The translations under genes and the position numbers were made by a program. A DNA stretch of 32,000 nt from Thermofilum adornatum (GTDB lineage: Archaea; Thermoproteota; Thermoprotei; Thermofilales; Thermofilaceae), in NCBI RefSeq assembly GCF_000446015.1, contig NC_022093.1, positions 120,001 through 152,000 of the forward strand, read 5' to 3'. Position 1 is the stretch's first letter. Each line of letters begins with the position of its first letter. Of the stretch, positions 1 through 8,529 are shown one piece after another. The notes beneath the pieces were generated by a model, which saw only the letters and a program-made list of their open reading frames with translations, ran no database searches and was not told where the DNA came from.

Positions 1-1811
1 AGCTTTGTGTGGCTTATTTCTTGTCTTAGCTCGCGGACGTAGTCTGGCAGGAGTGGCAGGTAATTGTTGTAGCGGTGGTCGCCCAGGATTATTACTGCTT
101 GGTCTCTTGGGCTTCTGAGGGCTCTCCCTATTGCTTGTGAGGCTTTGCGGAGGGCGGGGTATATGTATGCGTAGAGTCTTCCTTTTCCTTCTCCGTATAG
201 CTCCTCGTAGTAGGAGATGTAGAGGTTGGTCTTTACTGTTGGTTTTTCGAAGGGTATTCCTGCGAGGAAGACGCATACAAGCTCTTTTCCGGGGAGGTCT
301 ATGCCTTCGGCGAATCTTCCACCCATTGGTGCTACTAGTAGCCCTTTTCCTTCGTCTGCAAGCTCCTTGAACTCTTGGAGTACTTCTCCGGCTTCTTGGC
401 CACTCATATCCCTTTTCTCGACGAAGACTTGGTAGCCCTTTTGTTGGCTTGTCTCCCTTAGACCTGCTTCTAGGAGCTTCAGCTGTATCCTGTAGCTGGC
501 AGTGAAGACGGCCGTGTTTCCCTTTACCCTCTCGAGGACCTTTCCGATAGCTTCTACATATTTTCTGGCCATTTCCTGTGAGAGCTCTTCGCCTCTTGTT
601 GTGAGGTCTTTTACAATGTATACGGATGCATTTGTCTCGTCGTATGGGCTGGGGACGCTTATGGGCTTGTAGTTTTTTACTCCTATTGTCTCGGCGAACG
701 CCTCTATGGGGCTGAGGGTGCCAGACATAAATATTACCCTTCTAAACTTCTTCCAGACGTTTGAGAGTATCTCAGAGGATCTCATGTCCCATATGTTGAG
801 GTGTATTTTGCCATCGATTTTTTCGGCTATCAGGGCTACTCCTCTTTCTCCCTCGTAGCTGGTTGCCTCTTCTAGGAAGTTTGCCAAGTGGTACAGGCTA
901 CTGTGCGGCCTTTTACCTTCTCTAAACCTCATGTCCCTTACCTCCTCGCCTAGAATCTTCATTTTCTCTATCATTTCCTCGCGTCCATCTATGAGTTTAA
1001 GCGGGCTGAATACTTGGGACTCTTCTTCGCCTAGGCTCGAGAACTCTTTTTCCACGTTTTCCTGTATCTTGTCTATGAATTCGGCCATGTCTCTGGCTTC
1101 TAGTTCTTCTGCCTCTCTTTTCGCCCTCTCAATTGTGCCCTCTGTCACTGTGTCTCCGCCGAGGTTTAGCTGTGTCAGGTTGTGCGCCTCGTCCACTACG
1201 AGTATGGACTGGCTAAGCGGGAAGGCTCCCTTTATCGTCCAGGAGAGGTTCTCGTCTACCACGTAGTTATAGCTGAGCGATACTACGTCTGCCACTTTAA
1301 GCAACTCTCTCTGTAGAAAGTATGGGCATACCTTTTTCTTTCGGGCCCATTCATAGACTTCACTGTAGGTTAGCACGCCCCTGCTCAGCAGGATGCTGTA
1401 GTCTACGCCTTCCTCTAGCCTATTGTAGTATGGGCACCTCTTCCTCTCGCGGCTACATATGTAGGAGACCTCGCTGTAGTCAAGTGTCTCGCCGAACTCC
1501 TTCGCTAGGAGGCACATGTCCTTTTTCCCGCGGAAGCTCATAGCTATGAATCTTGCATTTGACTTTTCGCGGAAGACCCTGAACTCCTCGATTGGCCTGT
1601 CCGTCTCATTTCCCGTTCTAACGGCCCACACTATTCTTCCTCCCCTGTCTAGGAAGGGCAAAAGCGAATAGATTACTACAGGTGTTTTGCCGAAGCCTGT
1701 TGGGGCCTCGAGGATAACGTTGGCTGTCTTGAGTGTTTCCTGTATCTCTGAGGCTACCTCTAGTTGGCGGGGCCTCGGCTTGTAGGGAAACTTGTATTTC
1801 GAGAGGCTCAA
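1..1811 (-). CDS. xpd: XPD/Rad3-type SF2 DNA helicase with 4Fe-4S domain (partial; C-terminus beyond left edge)
   Basis: Missing from the ORF track because its stop lies outside the window. My translation of the minus strand from TTG at 1811 stays open to base 1 (~603 codons). Motifs seen: EAPTGFGKT (Walker A); four Cys in FeS-domain positions (DMCLL, YICSRERKRCPYY, KKVCPYF); VVDEAHNL (DEAH box); QAIGRALRSPRDQAVIILGDHRY (motif VI). Confidence 0.88.
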   Translation of the reverse strand, partial: MSLSKYKFPYKPRPRQLEVASEIQETLKTANVILEAPTGFGKTPVVIYSLLPFLDRGGRIVWAVRTGNETDRPIEEFRVFREKSNARFIAMSFRGKKDMCLLAKEFGETLDYSEVSYICSRERKRCPYYNRLEEGVDYSILLSRGVLTYSEVYEWARKKKVCPYFLQRELLKVADVVSLSYNYVVDENLSWTIKGAFPLSQSILVVDEAHNLTQLNLGGDTVTEGTIERAKREAEELEARDMAEFIDKIQENVEKEFSSLGEEESQVFSPLKLIDGREEMIEKMKILGEEVRDMRFREGKRPHSSLYHLANFLEEATSYEGERGVALIAEKIDGKIHLNIWDMRSSEILSNVWKKFRRVIFMSGTLSPIEAFAETIGVKNYKPISVPSPYDETNASVYIVKDLTTRGEELSQEMARKYVEAIGKVLERVKGNTAVFTASYRIQLKLLEAGLRETSQQKGYQVFVEKRDMSGQEAGEVLQEFKELADEGKGLLVAPMGGRFAEGIDLPGKELVCVFLAGIPFEKPTVKTNLYISYYEELYGEGKGRLYAYIYPALRKASQAIGRALRSPRDQAVIILGDHRYNNYLPLLPDYVRELRQEISHTK

Positions 1812-1938
1812 ACTTATCCTTTGTTGGTTTTCGAGACTCTACTTAAAAAGATAGTGGGTTCCTGCATAGCATTTAAGGAACGCGTCACAAATGGATTTTT
1901 ATTGCATTTTGTCAATAGTGAAAAAGGAGGGTTCAGGG

Positions 1939-3006
1939 GTGCCGGCAAAGATTTGGAAGGTTGACCCATCTGATCCAGATCCAAGAGCCATCGAGGAAGC
2001 CGCCTCTATATTGAAGTCTGGTGGAGTAGTCGCGTTTCCAACGGAGACTGTTTACGGGTTAGGAGCGATATACAACTTGGTAGAAGCCGTAAAGAAAGTA
2101 TTCCAAGCAAAAAAGAGGCCCATGGACAACCCACTTATTCTGCACGTCTCAAGCTTCTCGCAGGTCTCCGAGCTGGCGGTGGACATACCCCTGGAGGTAC
2201 ACGAGCTGGCTAAAAGATTCTGGCCTGGTCCGTTAACCATTGTATTGCCCAAATCTGCTAGGGTCCCAAGAGAGGTGACTGGCGGCCTTGGGAAAGTCGC
2301 TATCAGGATGCCTGCCCACAATGTCGCCCTAAAACTTATTGAGGCCGCTGGTGCCCCAATTGCCGCTCCCAGCGCGAATCTCTCTGGTAGACCCTCCCCT
2401 ACAACTGCCCAGCACGTTATAGAGGACTTGGGGGACGCTATCGACGGGATTCTGGACGCAGGCGAGACGCTCTACGGGGTTGAAAGCACAGTCATTGACT
2501 TGACAAGTAGGCCCCCCGTCCTCCTAAGGCCCGGCTCTATGCCTGTAGAGGAGATAGAGAAGGTACTGGGTGTCAAAATTTTTATTCCTTCATTTGCGAG
2601 GGGACTAGGAGAGGCAGAGAAGGCAGTAGCTCCTGGAACAAAGTACCGACACTACTCCCCAAGGGCTACATTGATACTGGTAGAAAGCAGGGACACAATC
2701 AATATTGAGAAGGTCGTGGCGAAGATAAGGGAGCTGGCCACGTATCATCTAGGGTTAGGTAAAAAGGTTGGCATCCTGTGTACTGACGAGACGCGGGACA
2801 GGTATCTAGACCTTCCGGCTGAGGTTATTAGCCTAGGCTCCAGAAGAGACTTTTTCCAGATAGCAAAGAGGCTTTATCCCTCATTAAGGACGTTTGATTC
2901 AAAGAATGTAGATATAATTTTGGCTGAACCAGTCGAAGAGAGGGGTCTTGGGCTCACGATTATGAATAGGCTTAGGAAGGCATCGAGTCAAAGGATCCTT
3001 GTCTAG
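1939..3006 (+). CDS. sua5: L-threonylcarbamoyladenylate synthase Sua5/YrdC family (t6A biosynthesis)
   Basis: Track ORF is 1891..3006. I prefer the in-frame GTG at 1939, which is preceded by GGAGG (1926-1930) and gives MPAKIWKVDPSDP..., a typical archaeal Sua5 N-terminus. YrdC-domain motifs present: VAFPTETVYGLGA, KKRPMDNPLILHV, SANLSGRPSPT. A C-terminal Sua5 domain follows. Confidence 0.9.
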   Translation: MPAKIWKVDPSDPDPRAIEEAASILKSGGVVAFPTETVYGLGAIYNLVEAVKKVFQAKKRPMDNPLILHVSSFSQVSELAVDIPLEVHELAKRFWPGPLTIVLPKSARVPREVTGGLGKVAIRMPAHNVALKLIEAAGAPIAAPSANLSGRPSPTTAQHVIEDLGDAIDGILDAGETLYGVESTVIDLTSRPPVLLRPGSMPVEEIEKVLGVKIFIPSFARGLGEAEKAVAPGTKYRHYSPRATLILVESRDTINIEKVVAKIRELATYHLGLGKKVGILCTDETRDRYLDLPAEVISLGSRRDFFQIAKRLYPSLRTFDSKNVDIILAEPVEERGLGLTIMNRLRKASSQRILV

Positions 3007-3635
3007 GAGGACTTGCCAAGCGCCGACACGACGTCTTTGTCGGTTACCTCTGAGAAATCTCTGTAGAATTCTCCAACAGCAAACAAGAATGTTGGGACAT
3101 GAACGGAGACTACCTTGTCAGCATACTTTGACACAATGGGTAGTACATCTCTAGAAATCACGGGGACAGCCACGTAAACCTTTTCTGCGCCGGCTTTTTT
3201 GGCCGAGATGCATGCCGCGATGACTGTTGCACCAGTAGCGATTCCATCATCAACAATTATGGCTATCTGTGATCTGAGGTCTAGGGGTCCTCCCCTAAAC
3301 TTTTCGATGTAGCTCTCGATTATTCTTTTCTGGTACTCTACTTCTTTCTCGATGTATTCCTGGTCTATCCCTAGATGCATGACTATCTCCCTGTTTATGT
3401 AGACAGCCTCTAGCTCGGCTATAGCGCCGATCGCGAGCTCCGGGTTTCCGGGCGCCCTCAGCTTCCTGGACACTATCACGTCGAGGGGAGCGTTGATCCT
3501 CGCGGAGACCTCTTTAGCAACGATGACTCCTCCCCTAGGTATACCTAGAACCCTAAAGTTGCTGTCCGTTATGCCTTCTTCTAGGAGCTTCTCGGCGAGC
3601 TTCTTTCCTGCGTCGACCCTGTCTCGAAAAACCAT
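3003..3635 (-). CDS. predicted phosphoribosyltransferase (type I PRTase fold)
   Basis: 210-aa ORF with the PRPP-binding loop IAIIVDDGIATGATV and the N-terminal FRDRxDAG..LA pattern of the predicted-PRTase family. Its 3' end overlaps the convergent sua5 stop by 4 nt. Confidence 0.75.
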   Translation of the reverse strand: MVFRDRVDAGKKLAEKLLEEGITDSNFRVLGIPRGGVIVAKEVSARINAPLDVIVSRKLRAPGNPELAIGAIAELEAVYINREIVMHLGIDQEYIEKEVEYQKRIIESYIEKFRGGPLDLRSQIAIIVDDGIATGATVIAACISAKKAGAEKVYVAVPVISRDVLPIVSKYADKVVSVHVPTFLFAVGEFYRDFSEVTDKDVVSALGKSS

Positions 3636-3824
3636 ACCTATAATAACGCTTTGAAAGACCTAGATATATTTTGTTTTGTTGCTAAAAACAGATCCAAAAG
3701 GGACAATTTATGGTCATATAACTTCAGAGACGGGGTTGCTCGGCATCCTTTCTACGAGCATCTCCCCGAGACCTCATCATCGGGAAGAAAACAGAGATTA
3801 GAAATAAAAATTTTGCCGAGAATG

Positions 3825-4952
3825 CTAGCTAAAGGCCTTTCTCAGCCTTGCAAGCGATATTCTTCTATCCCTCTTTTTCTCCTTGGTCTTCGAGAAGACC
3901 TTGTAAGCAGAGTCCACGGCTTCAAATGTCACTGCTACAGGATCCCATCCAGAAGAAGATGTACTAAATGTATCCTTGTCAAGCTTTATAGAAACGTATG
4001 CGTCATACCTTTTTCTCTCTCCAGCCTTCTCACGGGACTTTATCACCACAGACATTTCGAGTAGGCGTCCCCGTTGCGCAATTTCCCGGGCAACCTCTAG
4101 AGCCTTCCTGAAAACAAGGTTTCTAGCTATAAAGTCTAGGTCTTCTACGCCCTCTATTCTAAGGGGAATGTTGGCTTCCTCAACTGCTGGTAAAAGTCTC
4201 CTCAGAAGCAAGTAGGGAGAGATAATACCATAGACAGTCCCGTTGGCGTTCAGCACTACCGAGCCCTCGGCTATGTCCATAGTGGTGGGTTGCCCATCAA
4301 TATTTACAGCTCTAAAGTTTGTGGCCATGATTTTGGATACTGGCTGTTCTAGGAAGTATGATATTTCTCCCTTTATTTCGCCGAGCCTTTCTCTGCGTAG
4401 GGGCGTATTATAGATAAAGTTGACTAGGTCGTAGATCCTTACCACTCCCACTGGCTTCCCATTCTCTGCGACAGGCGCAAACCTCAGCCCATTCTCTGCC
4501 AGCAACTTTCTCGCTTTCTCTATGGGGTCGTCTGGTTTAAGGGGTTCCAGCGGGAAAGCTATATACCTGGCTGCAACCCTAGAGACGAGCCCCATCGTTT
4601 CTAATAGTCTCCTAGCCGAAATTACTCCAACTATTTTCCCTTCCTCAGCGTAGGGGAGGCCCGGCTGGCCCGTTTTAACAAACATCCTGGCGATATCTGT
4701 GAGGGAATAGGAAGAGTCGACAATGGGAACCTTCTCGAGGACGCTCCTAATTTTTGTGTTTCCTTGGTACTTAGATTTGAGAATCGAGAAAATAGAAACT
4801 ATTCCAGCATATTTGCCTTCTGAATCTACAACTGGGACAACTGGAAGCTCAAATCTCCACATTTTCTCGGCAACAAGAGAAACAATATCATCCAGCTTTA
4901 AGGGATCGATTCTGACAACTGCCCCGCTTAACGGGGGTCTACTAGATGCCAT
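3825..4952 (-). CDS. CBS-domain (two Bateman modules) protein with C-terminal YfiA/HPF-like domain
   Basis: 375-aa ORF. The N-terminal ~260 aa contain four repeats of CBS-like pattern (…PVVDSEGKYAGIVS…, …LPYAEEGKIVGVISARRLL…, …APVAENGKPVGVVRIYDLV…, …NANGTVYGIISPYLLLR…). The C-terminal ~110 aa follow a beta-alpha-beta-beta-beta-alpha pattern that aligns by eye to E. coli YfiA. A TATA-like TTTTTATATC lies ~30 nt upstream of the ATG. Confidence 0.8.
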   Translation of the reverse strand: MASSRPPLSGAVVRIDPLKLDDIVSLVAEKMWRFELPVVPVVDSEGKYAGIVSIFSILKSKYQGNTKIRSVLEKVPIVDSSYSLTDIARMFVKTGQPGLPYAEEGKIVGVISARRLLETMGLVSRVAARYIAFPLEPLKPDDPIEKARKLLAENGLRFAPVAENGKPVGVVRIYDLVNFIYNTPLRRERLGEIKGEISYFLEQPVSKIMATNFRAVNIDGQPTTMDIAEGSVVLNANGTVYGIISPYLLLRRLLPAVEEANIPLRIEGVEDLDFIARNLVFRKALEVAREIAQRGRLLEMSVVIKSREKAGERKRYDAYVSIKLDKDTFSTSSSGWDPVAVTFEAVDSAYKVFSKTKEKKRDRRISLARLRKAFS

Positions 4953-5013
4953 AACATGTATAATAATCCTAGAAAGATATAAAAATGAATCGTTTAGAGG
5001 AGATCAAAGCATT

Positions 5014-6258
5014 TTAGGAGACTTCCTCTAATGTTTTACCCTTAGTCTCTATTCCAAGCACAGACACAGTCAGGCTCGATACGAGCTGCGCAACGGCAAA
5101 TGCCAGGAAAGACGTGAATGGCTCCTTGAACTGTGAAAGCATGAAGCCTACGAAGTATGGTCCAAGGATGCCTCCTATCCTGCCGACAGAGTTGGCCCAC
5201 CCGCTTCCCGTGCCTCTCAGCTTGGTGGGGTATAGTTCAGGGGTGTAGGCGTATGTTACTCCCCACGCCCCCAAGTTGAATGCTGAGAGTACGATTCCCC
5301 ATAATAGGACGGCCTGGTCACTGGTAGCCATCCATAGGCCGAAACTTGAGAGACCAGAAACCAGCATGTAGGTTGCGAGGGTACGCTTTCTTCCTACTTT
5401 TTCGACTAGGTAGGCGGCTGAGAAGTATCCGGGGACTTGTGCAAGCGTTATGATAATTGCATATTCGAGGCTCTTGACGATGCTTAACCCTCTCCTTGCA
5501 AGGAGGTCGGGTAGCCATGTAAAAATGCCCCAATATGAGAAGGCGAGCATGAACCAGTGTATCCAGAGCATGAGCGTCCTTGCAAAGTATTTACCTGTAA
5601 AGAGTTCCTTTAGAGAGGCTTTCTCTTGCTGGCTTGTACTTGGTAATTCTATAGAGAATCTTTGGGTTAGGCTTCTTGCTTCTTCTGTTTTTCCCTTTAG
5701 TAGAAGGAACCTCGCAGACTCTGGGACATAGAGGAGAACTACCAGGAGAACTGGCCATGTTATCGTCGAGGACAAGAACACGGCCCGCCAGCCACTGATC
5801 GGTAGAATTATTCTTGATAGAATTATTGCTAGGAGCCACCCTATGGCCCAAGAGCTTTCTAGTAGGGTTATGTTTCTTCCCCTGGTTTCTTTTCTCGAGT
5901 ACTCTGCGAGGAGCACGCTTGCAGTAACCATGTAGCCAGTGTTTCCAGTACCAGCTAAGAGCCTCAGTATCGAAAGTGTAATCCAGTCTCTCACAAATGA
6001 TGTCAGGGGGGTAAAGATCCCCATGGTCAATAATGACAAGACGATGGCTTTTTTCCTCCCAATTTTGTCGCTGAGAAAGCCAAAGACAAATGCGCCTATC
6101 AGCATTCCGACAAGCCACGAGCTCAAAATGAGCCCGGCCTGTTCGGGTGAAAGATTGAGCTCTGTCCTGATAGCTGTCAATGTGCCGGAGGCAAGTCCAG
6201 CGTTTAGGGCTCCTATAGCCCATCCAGACATCAGGATAACGAGTAGCTTTTTCTCCAC
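5014..6258 (-). CDS. MFS transporter (sugar-porter/metabolite:H+ symporter-like)
   Basis: 414 aa with a ~12-TM hydrophobicity pattern. Has the MFS loop motif LSDKIGRKK after TM2 and a PESARFL motif in the central loop. Confidence 0.85.
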   Translation of the reverse strand: MEKKLLVILMSGWAIGALNAGLASGTLTAIRTELNLSPEQAGLILSSWLVGMLIGAFVFGFLSDKIGRKKAIVLSLLTMGIFTPLTSFVRDWITLSILRLLAGTGNTGYMVTASVLLAEYSRKETRGRNITLLESSWAIGWLLAIILSRIILPISGWRAVFLSSTITWPVLLVVLLYVPESARFLLLKGKTEEARSLTQRFSIELPSTSQQEKASLKELFTGKYFARTLMLWIHWFMLAFSYWGIFTWLPDLLARRGLSIVKSLEYAIIITLAQVPGYFSAAYLVEKVGRKRTLATYMLVSGLSSFGLWMATSDQAVLLWGIVLSAFNLGAWGVTYAYTPELYPTKLRGTGSGWANSVGRIGGILGPYFVGFMLSQFKEPFTSFLAFAVAQLVSSLTVSVLGIETKGKTLEEVS

Positions 6259-6360
6259 GGGAATAATCGTAAGGAAGAAATTTAAAAATTTTTATCTCCT
6301 CTAATTAACCCATATTTAAATAAGCTGAGAATAATTTGTCTATATCGGAAGTGGGTCAAA

Positions 6361-6756
6361 ATGGCAAGGCTAGTTATAACAGATGTCAACAAGTGTGTTG
6401 GATGCATGTCTTGTATGTTTGCATGTTCCCGTAGATTTGGAGAAGGTGGGTTGGCAAAATCCGCAATACATGTGTCAAGCATTGGGGGAGTCGAGAGGGG
6501 ATACAAGGTTGTTGTTTGTAGGGCATGCGAGGATCCTCCCTGTGCGGCTGTATGCCCAACAGATGCACTTGTCAAGAGGCCTGGGGGAGGCGTGTTGCTC
6601 AAGGCCGAGAAATGTATCGGCTGTGGTAACTGTGCGAGAGCTTGTCCGATAGGGGCTGTACAGTGGGACTTAGAAAACAATAAGCCGATTATATGTGTAC
6701 ACTGTGGTTACTGTGCTGAGTATTGTCCTTACGGTGTTTTACAACTTGTGAGGTGA
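6361..6756 (+). CDS. four-cluster [4Fe-4S] ferredoxin-type electron-transfer subunit (AOR-associated)
   Basis: 131 aa with 16 Cys in four cluster motifs: CVGCMSCMFAC, CRACEDPPCAAVCP, CIGCGNCARACP, CVHCGYCAEYCP. Its stop is 6 nt before the AOR start codon. Confidence 0.85.
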   Translation: MARLVITDVNKCVGCMSCMFACSRRFGEGGLAKSAIHVSSIGGVERGYKVVVCRACEDPPCAAVCPTDALVKRPGGGVLLKAEKCIGCGNCARACPIGAVQWDLENNKPIICVHCGYCAEYCPYGVLQLVR

Positions 6757-6762
6757 GGATGA

Positions 6763-8529
6763 ATGGTGGATGGTCTTCCAAGAAATGTCCTCTATATTGA
6801 TTTATCCCGTAAAAAGTACTGGGTTGAAGACAGGCACGACTTATTCGAAGAGTACCTTGGCGGCACCGGCGTAGCTACAAAGCTTTTGGAAGAAGAACTG
6901 CCCAGGGGCGCAGACCCCCTTGGACCAGATAACGTAATCGTCTTTGCTGTTGGTCCTTTCAACGCTGTTTATCCTACGGCTTCAAAGACTGTTGCAATGT
7001 TTAAGTCTCCACATACGGGAAACCTTGGCGAGAGCCACGCGGGAGGCAGAAGCGCCATAGCGATCAGGCTTGCCGGGTACGGCGCAATAGTGATCAAGGG
7101 TGCAAGCGACCTTCCTGTATGGGTCTCTATCCAGGAAGACAAGGTGTTCTTCCGGGAGGCCAGAGCACTGTGGGGTATGACGAGTAGTCATACTGTTGGA
7201 CGAGTACTTCGAGAGGTTGAGCCTGGCTCTGGAATAAGGACGATCATGCGTATAGGTAGGGCGGGCGAGAAGCTTGTCACGTATGCAAATGTGATTACTG
7301 AGACTTACAGGCATTTTGGCAGGCTTGGTCTAGGCGCTGTCTTTGGAAGCAAAAAGCTTAAGGCGCTCGTGGTTAGCGGGAAGAAGTCTATACAGGTCAG
7401 TGACAGGAAGCTTTACCGAGAGGTCTATGACGAAATCTACAAGCTTATTGTCGACAGCCCACTTATGAAGAAGTACCACGAGATAGGGACACCTGTAAAC
7501 GTAAACGTCTTGAACGCGTTGAAGGCGTTGCCCTCCTTAAACCTCCAGTGCTCAAGCCTAGAAACCGCTGAAAAGATCTCTGGCGAATACATTGCCGCGA
7601 ACTATTTGGGAAGGAGAGTGTCCTGTGCCCACTGCCCTGTAGCATGCATCCACTTGGCTGTTCTAAGGGAGCCTTATGAGGAAGAGTCTTACTTCTACAA
7701 GACGACGTTTGTTGGCTACGACTATGAGCCCATATATGCCCTTGGAGCAATGCTTGGAGCAAAGGAAGCAAAAAGCATGCTTGAGCTTATCGACCTGGTG
7801 GATTCCCTGGGCCTCGACGCAATGACGACCGGCGTAGTCCTAGCGTGGGCTACAGAGGCATACAGCAGGGGGCTCATTAGCGAAAACGACCTCGGCGGGC
7901 TGAAGCTGTCATTTGGAGACTACGACTCTTACAAGAAGGCTGTTCAATACCTTGTTGAACAGCCTACAGAGCTCTACAGAGACCTCGCGAAAGGACTCGA
8001 TTATGCTACGAGGAAATGGGGCGGAAGAGACTTCGCCCTGACCTTCGGCGGCAACGAGATGGCCGGGTACCATACCGGTCCAGCAGCGTATGCAAACTAC
8101 GCCTTTGGTGCACGCCACAGCCACCTTGACAATGCAGGCTATGACTTGGACCAGGAGACGATTGGCAGAACGCTGGAGCCCAGCGAGCTTGTTAGAAGAC
8201 TCTACGAGGAAGAGAGCTGGAGACAAGTCTTAACAAGCTTGGTTATATGCCTCTTTGCAAGAAAAGTATACAGGCCAGAAATAGTTTCGAAGGCTCTTAG
8301 GCCCCTGGGCGTCGAGATGAGTGTAGACGACTTGTACAAGCTTGGCAAAAAGATTTATCGGGAAAAGTACCGCCTCAAGCTCAGGGAAGGCTACAAACCA
8401 GAGGATGTAACATTTCCAAAGAGAATATTCGAGACGCCAACTCCTCACGGCCAACTCAGCGAGTCATACATGGAGAAAGTAAAAGAAGAATATGTAAAGC
8501 TTATTCAGCAAGTCGTCACGGAGGAATAA
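6763..8529 (+). CDS. aor: aldehyde:ferredoxin oxidoreductase family (tungstopterin enzyme)
   Basis: 588 aa with an AOR-family N-domain (YLGGTGVATKLL, GESHAGG). Also has GLGAVFGSKKLKA and the Fe-S ligand motif SCAHCPVAC. A Shine-Dalgarno-like AGGTGAGGA (6751-6759) lies just upstream. Confidence 0.9.
   Translation: MVDGLPRNVLYIDLSRKKYWVEDRHDLFEEYLGGTGVATKLLEEELPRGADPLGPDNVIVFAVGPFNAVYPTASKTVAMFKSPHTGNLGESHAGGRSAIAIRLAGYGAIVIKGASDLPVWVSIQEDKVFFREARALWGMTSSHTVGRVLREVEPGSGIRTIMRIGRAGEKLVTYANVITETYRHFGRLGLGAVFGSKKLKALVVSGKKSIQVSDRKLYREVYDEIYKLIVDSPLMKKYHEIGTPVNVNVLNALKALPSLNLQCSSLETAEKISGEYIAANYLGRRVSCAHCPVACIHLAVLREPYEEESYFYKTTFVGYDYEPIYALGAMLGAKEAKSMLELIDLVDSLGLDAMTTGVVLAWATEAYSRGLISENDLGGLKLSFGDYDSYKKAVQYLVEQPTELYRDLAKGLDYATRKWGGRDFALTFGGNEMAGYHTGPAAYANYAFGARHSHLDNAGYDLDQETIGRTLEPSELVRRLYEEESWRQVLTSLVICLFARKVYRPEIVSKALRPLGVEMSVDDLYKLGKKIYREKYRLKLREGYKPEDVTFPKRIFETPTPHGQLSESYMEKVKEEYVKLIQQVVTEE

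Noticed and set aside
1858-1881. 6-bp inverted repeat GTTCCT-N12-AGGAAC in the xpd/sua5 divergent promoter
   Set aside because: It is short enough to occur by chance, and the spacer simply contains the TATA-like element. It is not distinctive enough to call a regulator site.
5591-6223. 210-aa minus-strand ORF inside the MFS gene; similar shadow ORFs at 20619-21113 (164 aa), 22723-23094 (123 aa), 3651-4064 (137 aa), 931-1266 and 13432-13827
   Set aside because: These are alternative-frame or antisense ORFs wholly within well-supported genes. Their translations are low-complexity, Arg/Ser/Pro-rich and motif-free, which is typical of shadow ORFs.
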